Source: Candidatus Parcubacteria bacterium
Lineage (GTDB): Bacteria; Patescibacteriota; Patescibacteriia; Patescibacteriales; UBA12075
DNA: 46,318 nt
Assembly (NCBI GenBank): GCA_023137275.1
Contig: JAGLPO010000040.1
Coordinates: forward strand, 1-46,318
Reading direction: 5' to 3'
The notes under the pieces are model-generated. The model was not told the DNA's origin and did not search any database. It saw only the letters and a list, made by a program, of their open reading frames with translations. The position numbers and the translations under genes were made by a program. This document shows positions 17,445-25,380 of this stretch, piece by piece. Within the stretch, counting starts at the first letter, position 1; every line of letters starts with the position of its first letter.

Positions 17445-18809
17445 ATGACAAAATTTATCAAAGAAAATTTATTTAATTTTATTTTAATTATTTGTGTGAC
17501 AACAATAACGGTCGGCTGGTTTTATTTTCCCGAAACCGCGGAAGCTCGCAGTGGCTGTTGTTCTTGGCATGGCGGAGTTTGCGGATGTTCTTGCTGTGAT
17601 GGTACTCCATTATCAGCAAAATGCGCTCCTTATTATCCGTGGTGTTCCAGAAGTTATACCCCATCTTACCCTGCATATACTGCTCCGTCTATTCCATCTT
17701 GTCCGTCCAATTCTTATTATGATTCTATTTCCAAAAGCTGTAAATGCAATTACGGCTATGTTGTTGAAAAAGATTTTTTGGGAAAAGAATCCTGCATATC
17801 AGGCAACAGTTATTGCAGTGATAAATACGGATACAATTCAAACTACAATAGCTTAAATAAAACTTGCCAATGCAATTATGGATATATAATGAACGGTGGA
17901 AAGTGCATCTCAGAAAATGAATATTGCAAAAATCTTTATGGCTATAATGCAAAATATAATATCTTAACTGATTCGTGCGAGTGTGTAAGCGGCTATGTTT
18001 TAGATAAAGATTTATTTAATGATGTTAAGTGCATTGATGGAGATGTCTATTGTCGGGATAAATATGGGTATTACTCAAGCTACAAATCATTTTCAAAAAA
18101 ATGTGAATGCGATTATGGCTATGAATTAGTTAATGGCAAGTGTAAGAAAAAGCAGGAAATAAGTTATACAAACAACATTTATACGCCTGACCTTTTAAAT
18201 TTATCAGACAATAATAAAATTTGTGGTAATAACTCTTATTTAACAAGTGATGATAAATGCACTTGTAAATTAGGATATATCTGGGTTGATGTAAATGACT
18301 CTAAAAATTTAGATTGCGAAAAGAAAATTATTTTGCCCTCAATTACATCCATTCAAAATAATGCGCCTCATGTCCAGAACAGCGTAATTGATACTGTCGT
18401 TGAAAGAGAAAAAAAGTTATTTAGCAAAAGTGATAATAATTTGATAAAAAGATTAGAAGGTAAAATATTATTACAAGTTGAAGAGAATGGAGAGGGGTGG
18501 TATATTTATCCAAATGACAAAAAGAAATATTATCTTGGTCAGCCCGCAGACGCGTTTAGTGTAATGCGAAAATTGGGTTTAGGCGCAACGCACGAATTTA
18601 TAACTAGCCATACAATATTTCCTGACCATGTTTTAGGAAAAATATTATTAGATGTAGAGCAAAATGGTGAAGCGTATTATATCTATCCAAAAGATAAAAA
18701 AGCGTATTATTTAGGCAGACCCGCAGACGCGTTTAGTGTAATGCGGAAATTAGGTTTAGGTATTACTAATAATGATGTCAGGAAGATAGATGTAGGGGAA
18801 ATTAAATAA
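17445..18809 (+). CDS. Secreted Cys-rich repeat protein with two C-terminal ~60-aa repeats
   Basis: N-terminal anchor. GCCSWHGGVCGC motif. Six C.C.YGY...GKC EGF-like repeats. Duplicated LLQVEENGE.WYIYP.DKK.YYLG.PADAFSVMRKLGLG units. Confidence 0.6.
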   Translation: MTKFIKENLFNFILIICVTTITVGWFYFPETAEARSGCCSWHGGVCGCSCCDGTPLSAKCAPYYPWCSRSYTPSYPAYTAPSIPSCPSNSYYDSISKSCKCNYGYVVEKDFLGKESCISGNSYCSDKYGYNSNYNSLNKTCQCNYGYIMNGGKCISENEYCKNLYGYNAKYNILTDSCECVSGYVLDKDLFNDVKCIDGDVYCRDKYGYYSSYKSFSKKCECDYGYELVNGKCKKKQEISYTNNIYTPDLLNLSDNNKICGNNSYLTSDDKCTCKLGYIWVDVNDSKNLDCEKKIILPSITSIQNNAPHVQNSVIDTVVEREKKLFSKSDNNLIKRLEGKILLQVEENGEGWYIYPNDKKKYYLGQPADAFSVMRKLGLGATHEFITSHTIFPDHVLGKILLDVEQNGEAYYIYPKDKKAYYLGRPADAFSVMRKLGLGITNNDVRKIDVGEIK

Positions 18810-18869
18810 CATAAAATAAAGAATAAAATTGCCCACATTTACCCACACTTTATTAACAATTTTTTCCCC

Positions 18870-18898
18870 TTGACATTTTTTAAATAATGATGTAATAA
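18870..18898 (+). promoter_or_regulatory. Sigma70-type promoter (TTGACA-17-TAATAA)
   Basis: Consensus -35, 17-nt spacer, AT-rich -10. About 55 nt upstream of the ATG at 18952. Confidence 0.55.
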
Positions 18899-18951
18899 TA
18901 ATTTTATATAGTAATATAGCTTTTTTAAGAAAATAAATATTATAAAAACCT

Positions 18952-21633
18952 ATGAAAAACCTCTCAAAATCAAGGGGGAGATTTTATAAAAAATTCGTGC
19001 AAGTTTTCAGTTTAACTGCGCTTGTGCTCAACATGTCGTTTATGGGCGTGTTTTTTATTGTCCCCGAGGCAGTGGCAACAGAGCCACAATGTACAAAAAC
19101 ATTAGATGAAGGATGTGGTGATTGTTATACAGATTTAATTTTAGGAGAGGAATGCGATAATGGCGAAGCTAATTGGCCAGAGGGGACCATGGATCCGGTT
19201 TGGGATTTTAATGAAGGTTATGGTGATAGAAATTATTGTTCCGATACCTGTTATATTTATCATGTGCCTGGAACTTGGTGCGGAGATGGGGAGGTTCAGG
19301 AATTAGATGAAGAATGTGAAGTTGATGAAGAATGTGATGAAGGGCAATATTGTGATGGATGTGTTTGTTATGATGAACCAGTATGTGATCCGTTGCCAGA
19401 AGATTGCACAAATCAAATTGATGACGACTGTGACTGTTTGATAGACTGTGACGATCCGGATTGTTCTGAGGATGATGCGTGTGTATGCCATGACGATGTT
19501 TATATTACAATTTATAAAGTTGAATGCAGCGATGAACAGTATTTGCCGAATTGGGGAGATGTTGAGCCGATTTTCGGCGAGCCGGACATGATTACTGCCA
19601 CTACTGCCGCAGATTATATAAACACTATTAATGATGCTAATGAATCTGAAGTGTGTTGGCTTGATGACGGTTGGGAATTTCAATGGGGCGACGCCACCAT
19701 GGAAAATCCAGGCAATAATATAGAATATGCAGAATATGCTAATGGTTGGAATACTGTTGGCCCTACGGTTGGCGGAGAAATTAGTTTTACAAGAGACAGT
19801 GATGCTAATCTTAAAATTCGGGAAGTAGTGCAAGACGGATATGTCCCATTCTCCGGCACTGAATCCGACGTGAGCGCGGAGATTTATTGTCATAACTATA
19901 TTGAGACTTACGATAACTACGCTCATTTGGACGAATGTGATAATGAGCTTACTTGGGGAGAAACATATTATTGCGTAGCTTTTAACGCGCCAGAACCGGA
20001 AGAAACAGCCACTGGCTCAATTACCATTATAAAAAGCACCAGCCAGGAGACCGGCATTGAATTTGAATTTTTTGGTGATTTAGGTGAATTCACACTTTCT
20101 GATGGCGAAAGCACTACAACCTCTGACTTAGCTACCGGCACTTATTATATATATGAAGATAATCTGCTGCCAGATTGGGATTTAACCGACATTGATTGCG
20201 GTGATGCCATTGTAGACCAGGCTGGCGATGGTGTGCACATTACTCTTGATGAAGGCGAAAATGCAACCTGCACCTTTTATAATACACATGAAACTTCACC
20301 GATTTCTACCGGCACGATCACAATCTGCAAACAGAATGACTTGAATGGCAATGGCGAACTTGAAGAAGGCGAGCCGTTTGTTGATGGCTGGTCATTCTAT
20401 ATGAATGATGTTCTATATACCGAGGACGGAAATTGCGTAGTTATTGATGATGTCCTATATGGCACCTATAATGTAACCGAAGTTATGCAAGAGGGCTGGA
20501 TTGCGACCGGCAAGACAGGCTCTTCTACGGGAAATGGCGTTTTTGAAAGCGACGGCTCTATTACTGTGACAGTAGGAAATTCAAATCCGGTTCCAATTGT
20601 TTATTTCCTTAATGCTGATAAAGATATTTGGGGCTGTAAATATAATGATGTTGATTCAGACGGACCGGCCGGAGAGGATTCAACTATTAGCGGTTGGACA
20701 ATTGAACTTTGGACATGCCCTTATCCTTTATTTGAAGTTCAAATCTCATCGGTTGATAATGGACCAATAGTAGGCGAGTGTCAAGTAGTTGATAGTACTA
20801 TTACTGGCGATGATGGATGTTATGCCTTTTATGGCCTGGGGAACGGAGGCCAATATCGGATAAAGGAAGTATTAAAAAGCAACTGGACACAAACTTATCC
20901 GACAAATCCAGATTATTATGATATGTGGTTAGGGGAAGATGAACCAATGAGTTATGATTTTTATAATCATAGCGATGATCCAACACCATACTGCGGCGAC
21001 GGCATGATAAATATGTGCGGAGAAGAATGTGATGATGGCAATAATGAAGATGGCGACGGCTGCAGCCATGATTGTAAGGAAGAAAGTAGCGGCGGCGGGA
21101 CCCTGTTCCCGACCAATCGCGGCGGCGGCTCAACCGGCCAGACATCCAGCCCGTCCACCCCGACAGTATTAGGCGAAGAAGGCGCTCCGGTTTTGGTCAT
21201 TAGCAAAACAGCAGATCAAGAATTCGTCAACATTGGCGATCAAGTAGAATATATAATTACTGTCACAAATAACGGCAACCTGACAGCTTTTGAAGTCAAT
21301 CTGGAAGACTTACTGCCAGAAGGTTTGGAATTTATTGACGACGAGTCAGCTTCCATGACCTGGGACCTGGGCGATATTTCCCCGGGCGTAAGCAAATCCG
21401 CGACTGTAATAGTCAAGGTTACCGGCGACATAACGATCGGCAAGATCACCAATACGGCCACTGCCGCGGCTGCCAACCATCCTATTGTGGAGGATTCGGT
21501 AGACGTGGAAGTAAGAGAGATCATGGTGCTGGCCGAATCAGGTTTTGACCTTAAAGAATTAATGCTAATGATCGGCAGTATTATCACTCTAATGGCGATA
21601 GCTCTCGGACTCAAACGCCGTTTACTGGTATAG
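18952..21633 (+). CDS. Large cell-surface protein: Cys/Asp-rich repeats, prealbumin/Cna-B-like domains, Myxococcus-type Cys-rich repeat, DUF11 repeat and a C-terminal sortase-type sorting signal
   Basis: Signal anchor. YCGDGMINMCGEECDDGNNEDGDGCSHDC. DUF11-like LVISKTADQEFVNIGDQVEYIITVTNNGN. C-terminus LAESG + hydrophobic helix + KRRLLV. Confidence 0.75.
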   Translation: MKNLSKSRGRFYKKFVQVFSLTALVLNMSFMGVFFIVPEAVATEPQCTKTLDEGCGDCYTDLILGEECDNGEANWPEGTMDPVWDFNEGYGDRNYCSDTCYIYHVPGTWCGDGEVQELDEECEVDEECDEGQYCDGCVCYDEPVCDPLPEDCTNQIDDDCDCLIDCDDPDCSEDDACVCHDDVYITIYKVECSDEQYLPNWGDVEPIFGEPDMITATTAADYINTINDANESEVCWLDDGWEFQWGDATMENPGNNIEYAEYANGWNTVGPTVGGEISFTRDSDANLKIREVVQDGYVPFSGTESDVSAEIYCHNYIETYDNYAHLDECDNELTWGETYYCVAFNAPEPEETATGSITIIKSTSQETGIEFEFFGDLGEFTLSDGESTTTSDLATGTYYIYEDNLLPDWDLTDIDCGDAIVDQAGDGVHITLDEGENATCTFYNTHETSPISTGTITICKQNDLNGNGELEEGEPFVDGWSFYMNDVLYTEDGNCVVIDDVLYGTYNVTEVMQEGWIATGKTGSSTGNGVFESDGSITVTVGNSNPVPIVYFLNADKDIWGCKYNDVDSDGPAGEDSTISGWTIELWTCPYPLFEVQISSVDNGPIVGECQVVDSTITGDDGCYAFYGLGNGGQYRIKEVLKSNWTQTYPTNPDYYDMWLGEDEPMSYDFYNHSDDPTPYCGDGMINMCGEECDDGNNEDGDGCSHDCKEESSGGGTLFPTNRGGGSTGQTSSPSTPTVLGEEGAPVLVISKTADQEFVNIGDQVEYIITVTNNGNLTAFEVNLEDLLPEGLEFIDDESASMTWDLGDISPGVSKSATVIVKVTGDITIGKITNTATAAAANHPIVEDSVDVEVREIMVLAESGFDLKELMLMIGSIITLMAIALGLKRRLLV

Positions 21634-21727
21634 AACCAAAAAAAACTCACCCGCGCCGGAGATTCATTCATTCAACCAATATTAGCTAGATATAAGCTTT
21701 AAAATTGAATAGATCCCCAAATTTATA

Positions 21728-21764
21728 AAAACCCCGCTTAGGCCAAGGCGGGGTTTGTTTATTT
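21728..21764 (+). terminator. Intrinsic terminator
   Basis: AACCCCGC...GCGGGGTTTGTTTATTT. Confidence 0.7.
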
Positions 21765-21848
21765 AAAAAACTTTAGACTCAAGCGCATGATTAATATTGC
21801 AGGAGATGCTAATTGTGTACTCAGGTCTAATACACTGCTATTTAACCT

Positions 21849-22091
21849 ATGTCGGAGATCGCTTACAAATATATCTGGCGGTGCGTCAAATGTGGCAGTC
21901 ATTTCGTTAATATTCACAAGGCGGACGGGGTGCTTAAACAGGAGAAAAAATGCTCTAAATGCAAGTCAGTCAACACGATCACGCTCACGGATAAAGAAAT
22001 TTATATACACTGCCGATTTTATGACCCGCAAAACAGCGGGTACCAGGAGGAATCCAGCGAAACTTATTCGTATCCTGTTATTGGCAGTTAA
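21849..22091 (+). CDS. Small zinc-ribbon protein (80 aa)
   Basis: CVKCG ... CSKCKS CxxC pairs. Preferred over the overlapping 21787..22128 frame, which is low-complexity and Arg/Ser-rich. No clear RBS. Confidence 0.4.
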   Translation: MSEIAYKYIWRCVKCGSHFVNIHKADGVLKQEKKCSKCKSVNTITLTDKEIYIHCRFYDPQNSGYQEESSETYSYPVIGS

Positions 22092-22118
22092 AAATCAAAA
22101 TTTACACATTTCATTTAT

Positions 22119-22322
22119 GTCATTCTGAGCCGCCCGTCTGACCGCGTTAGTCAGGCAGGTAGATGAAGAATCCCGTTGTGCCCCGTGTAAACGTAGTTTC
22201 TACCGGGGTGGATATAAAGACGAGATTCTTCACACGGCCTGATCATTCGCGGCCTCGCAGTGGCCCGCCTGCTTTCGCAGGCGAAGGGTGGTGGGTAGGG
22301 CCAGGCGGGCGCCCAGGATGAC
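22119..22322. other. GC-rich, multiply stem-looped non-coding element closed by a 12-bp stem
   Basis: GTCATTCTGAGC (22119-22130) pairs with GCCCAGGATGAC (22311-22322). Internal 9-bp stem 22164-22172 / 22224-22232. Hairpin CGCCTGC-TTTC-GCAGGCG competes with 22263-22271 / 22302-22310. GC content is far above its surroundings. Confidence 0.6.
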
Positions 22323-22334
22323 ACAAAAGATTTT

Positions 22335-22496
22335 AGAGGCTGTTTGAAAACCCCATTTTTACTGCAAATTCCAAATTTCGGCATAATTTTTTCTAAATTT
22401 TCTCGCCTATGCTTAGGCATAAGCTCAAAAATTTATAAAAAATTCTGCTCAAAATTTGAAATTTTCGTTACAAAAGCGGGTTTTCAAACAGCCTCT
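22335..22496. repeat. Long hairpin element E1 (19-bp perfect closing stem, 124-nt imperfectly palindromic interior)
   Basis: AGAGGCTGTTTGAAAACCC (22335-22353) is the exact reverse complement of 22478-22496. Apical hairpin TATGC-TTAG-GCATA at 22408-22421. Confidence 0.9.
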
Positions 22497-22561
22497 CAGA
22501 ACATCCAATATGTAAGCTATTTATTAACAATCTAAACACATTCGGGCATAAACGTATTTAG

Positions 22562-22687
22562 TATAATACATCAACGCCTCTTCGGAACAAGCTACTTCTT
22601 TTTGCGCGTTTTTAATTGATAATATTGCATTACGATTAAAATACACGCGCTTAAGGAGCGGCTGGTTCCGGGGAGGCGTATTTTTTT
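22562..22687 (+). ncRNA. Candidate small RNA or stand-alone terminator: TATAAT, ~105-nt rod-like hairpin, U7
   Basis: TATAAT at 22562-22567. ACGCCTCTTCGGAAC (22574-22588) pairs with GTTCCGGGGAGGCGT (22665-22679) using two G-U pairs. Inner GCGCGTTTTTAAT / ATTAAAA..ACGCGC helix. T7 at 22681-22687. Confidence 0.35.
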
Positions 22688-22725
22688 CCTTAGTTGTTAA
22701 CTAATTAATATATCCCGATAAGCAA

Positions 22726-22886
22726 TAGACTCACTGCACAATAAGTTTTGTAACGAAATTTTCAGATTTTGAGGCAAATTTTTTAAATAATTTTTGAGGT
22801 TTAGCCTAAGCTAAGCTGAAAAAATTTTTAGAAAATTTGACCAAAATATGGAAATTGCAGTAAAAAATTATTGTGCAGTGAGTCTA
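22726..22886. repeat. Long hairpin element E2 (19-bp perfect closing stem, interior homologous to E1 in the opposite orientation)
   Basis: TAGACTCACTGCACAATAA (22726-22744) is the exact reverse complement of 22868-22886. Extra outer 9-bp stem 22715-22723 / 22903-22911. Apical hairpin TTAGC-CTAA-GCTAA at 22801-22814. Confidence 0.9.
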
Positions 22887-23089
22887 ACAATAAAGATCCT
22901 CAGCTTATCGGCGCAATTTAAAGGTCGACTTTAAGCATTGCTTGAAGAAATATATTATTCCTTATTGCTTCCTGAAAATTCAGGGATTAACAAGGATTAT
23001 TAGGAGGAAAAATTAATATTAATATTAATTATTAAAGATAGCTATTTAATTTATTTTTAAATTAAATTAAATAGCGTCAAAAAAATCCT

Positions 23090-23821
23090 ATGTTTAAGAA
23101 GCTTACAATGGTAGTGGCAATCGTATTTATGTTTGCCTTTACCCTAACTCCGGCTTTGGCTGGCGACATGACCATGGTAATGAACGACAATGAAGGCGCG
23201 GCCGCTAATCTTGTCGGCGCCGAGGCCAATACCGGCGGTAATTACGCGGGCGGCAGCTATGCCGGCGACGGCGGCGACGGCGGTGATATGAAGAACAGCG
23301 GTACTGACATTGAAGACAGCTCTACCGGGGCAGGCGGCAATGGCGGCAGTTCCGGGGAAGGCGGGGCCGTAATTACCGGCGACGCTGACGCAAAGGCGGC
23401 CGGTGTAAATTTGGTTAATACCAACTACACGGAAGTTGACGATTGCGCCTGTGAAGATGAAGAGGAAGAGAACGGCGCAGTTGACAGTCAGCTGGATGGA
23501 CCGGGACCGGGACCGGGACCGGGAATGTGCTGCGGCGATAAAGTTATTGTGCGCAACCACAATCGCCATCTGGGCGAGAACATGGTCGGCGCTCGCGCCA
23601 ACACCGGTGAAAACATGGCTGATGGCAGTGAAGCCGGTTACGGCGGTGAAGGCGGTGAGATGAAGAATAAGGATGGAGAAGATATTGAAAGAAGCCACAC
23701 TGGCGCCGGTGGAACCGGCGGCAACAGCGGCGTGGGCGGTTATGTTGAAACCGGCCGGTCTGACTCGCGGGCTCTTGGCGTAAATATTCTGGGCACCAAT
23801 ATTACCCGGATCAGAAGGTAG
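23090..23821 (+). CDS. Secreted Gly/Asp-rich protein with two ANTGxN...TGD modules joined by a Cys-rich acidic linker
   Basis: Signal peptide. Repeated N.NEGAA.NLV.AEANTGGNYAGGSYAGDGGDGGDMKN...IEDSSTGAGGNGGSSGEGGAVITGDA...NLVNTNYT. Linker DDCACEDEEEE...PGPGPGPGMCCGD. Ends NITRIRR. Confidence 0.7.
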   Translation: MFKKLTMVVAIVFMFAFTLTPALAGDMTMVMNDNEGAAANLVGAEANTGGNYAGGSYAGDGGDGGDMKNSGTDIEDSSTGAGGNGGSSGEGGAVITGDADAKAAGVNLVNTNYTEVDDCACEDEEEENGAVDSQLDGPGPGPGPGMCCGDKVIVRNHNRHLGENMVGARANTGENMADGSEAGYGGEGGEMKNKDGEDIERSHTGAGGTGGNSGVGGYVETGRSDSRALGVNILGTNITRIRR

Positions 23822-23832
23822 GAGTTATTTTT

Positions 23833-23859
23833 GGGAAAGGGAGTTTTTCTCCCTTTCCC
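23833..23859 (+). terminator. Perfect 11-bp hairpin between the two paralogs (attenuating terminator or processing site)
   Basis: GGGAAAGGGAG-TTTTT-CTCCCTTTCCC. No downstream T-run. Confidence 0.35.
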
Positions 23860-23936
23860 GGGCAAAAAGAAAAATAAATAGTTATAAAACAAAACGTAAA
23901 GGTCAATAATTAATTAAAAAAGTAATAATAAAACGT

Positions 23937-25277
23937 ATGAAGAAAATAATAACTTTGTCAACAATTCTGGCGTTAACCGTGTTTTCTTCCCTGCTGGCTT
24001 TGCCGGTACAAGCCGATGTAACGCCCGCGCCCAACCCCACTTTGGAAGACGCTTGCGGTTTGGATATTGCCCTTGTTCTGGACGTTTCAGGAAGCATAGG
24101 CGGTGATTTGGGTACGCTGCAAACCGCGGCCAAAGGGTTTGTTGACGCGTTTCTGCCCAGTACGCCCACGCTTATGGGGCTGGTTTCTTTCAGCTCCAGC
24201 GCGACCATTGTTCGGGATCTGACCAGCGACGCGACAGATCTTAAAGGCGCCATTGACGCTCTAAGCTCCGGCGGTTCAACGAATTGGAAAGACGCGCTTA
24301 TAAAAGGGACTAGTCTCTTGGAAGGCGGACTTGACAGGGATGACACGGACCACCCGGACCTTTTGGTGATGTTCAGCGACGGCCTGCCGAACGTGAATCC
24401 TTTGGATGATTCAATCACAGCGGCTAACCAGGCAAAAATGTCAACTTCAAGCCTGCCTATCCGCATCGTAGCGGTAGGCGTAGGCAGCGCGAGCACTTCA
24501 ACCCTGGTCTCTATCTCCGGCCCGATAGTGTCGCCACCGGCGGCAGTAACGAAAGATACTGATGTTATAATGAGTAATTTTGACGATCTGGCGACCACGC
24601 TCGGCAATCTGGCAAACGCCCTTTGCGATGACGCGAACGGATGCGTTGATTGCGACCATGGCCCGGATATTGTCATCAATGACAATGAAGGCGCGGCAAT
24701 AAATCTGGTCAGCGCCGAGGCCAATACCGGCGGTAATTACGCGGGCGGCAGCTACGGAGGCGATGGCGGTGACGGCGGTGACATGAAAAACGGGAATGAA
24801 GAAGAAGGCGGTGATATTGAAGACAGCTCTACCGGGGCAGGCGGCAATGGCGGCAGTTCCGGAGAAGGCGGGGCCGTAATTACCGGCGACGCTTCTTCTA
24901 CAGCCGGCGCTCTTAATGTCGTTAATACTAATTATACCGACATTGATCGCTGCGCTTGTCAAGAGGAGAATTGCTGCGAGGATGAATGCTGCTGTGATCT
25001 TGACCTGGTGCGTAACCGCAACCGGGCGATTGCCTTTAACGGCGTAAGAGCGCGGGCCAACACCGGTGAAAACATGGCTGATGGCAGTTATGCCGGTTAC
25101 GGCGGTGAAGGCGGCAAGATGAAAAATGAAGGCAACGATATAGAAGGCAGCCACACAGGTACCGGCGGTACAGGCGGTAATAGCGGCCCTGGCGGCTACG
25201 TCGAAACCGGACGGTCAGATGCCAGAGCTTTTGGTGTAAACATAGTCAACACCAATATTACCCGCATAAGACGCTAG
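23937..25277 (+). CDS. Secreted von Willebrand factor A (vWA) domain protein fused to two ANTGxN...TGD modules
   Basis: Signal peptide. MIDAS LDVSGS ... GGSTNW ... MFSDG. C-terminal half is paralogous to 23090..23821, with long near-identical DNA stretches. Same NITRIRR end. Confidence 0.8.
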   Translation: MKKIITLSTILALTVFSSLLALPVQADVTPAPNPTLEDACGLDIALVLDVSGSIGGDLGTLQTAAKGFVDAFLPSTPTLMGLVSFSSSATIVRDLTSDATDLKGAIDALSSGGSTNWKDALIKGTSLLEGGLDRDDTDHPDLLVMFSDGLPNVNPLDDSITAANQAKMSTSSLPIRIVAVGVGSASTSTLVSISGPIVSPPAAVTKDTDVIMSNFDDLATTLGNLANALCDDANGCVDCDHGPDIVINDNEGAAINLVSAEANTGGNYAGGSYGGDGGDGGDMKNGNEEEGGDIEDSSTGAGGNGGSSGEGGAVITGDASSTAGALNVVNTNYTDIDRCACQEENCCEDECCCDLDLVRNRNRAIAFNGVRARANTGENMADGSYAGYGGEGGKMKNEGNDIEGSHTGTGGTGGNSGPGGYVETGRSDARAFGVNIVNTNITRIRR

Positions 25278-25282
25278 CGGCA

Positions 25283-25334
25283 TGAAGGCGGATTTTAATC
25301 CATTCCGCCCCGACACAGTCGGGGCGGACCTTCA
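25283..25334 (+). terminator. GC-rich nested hairpin downstream of the vWA gene
   Basis: CCGCCCCGAC-ACA-GTCGGGGCGG inside TGAAGG...CCTTCA. No T-run. Confidence 0.35.
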
Positions 25335-25380
25335 CACAAGTTTATATCAAAAAATGTAAATTTATGAGAAGGAAAAAATA

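Noticed and set aside
21787-22128. 113-aa ORF overlapping the zinc-ribbon ORF in another frame
   Set aside because: The translation is Arg/Ser/Asn-rich and low-complexity and runs into the GC-rich structured element. The alternative 80-aa frame has paired CxxC motifs. Neither is certain.
22119-22322. Possible cobalamin riboswitch on the minus strand (GCCACTG and ACCTGCC strings)
   Set aside because: Only two short strings match. The B12-box core and GGTG.AA.TCC elements are not present in the right arrangement, and no B12-related gene lies downstream on that strand.
22151-22535. ORFs 22151..22420 (minus) and 22344..22535 (plus) in the hairpin region
   Set aside because: Both are read through palindromic arms. 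The plus-strand ORF is not conserved in the homologous E2 copy (a stop after 12 codons). The minus-strand ORF is Pro/Arg/Ala-rich, as expected from GC-rich stems.
23144-25154. Long minus-strand ORFs (23144..23698, 23903..24724, 24498..25154) overlapping the ANTG and vWA genes
   Set aside because: They are shadow ORFs in GC-rich, Gly/Ala-codon-rich sequence. Their low-complexity translations have no motifs. The plus-strand frames carry signal peptides, vWA MIDAS motifs and conserved repeats.
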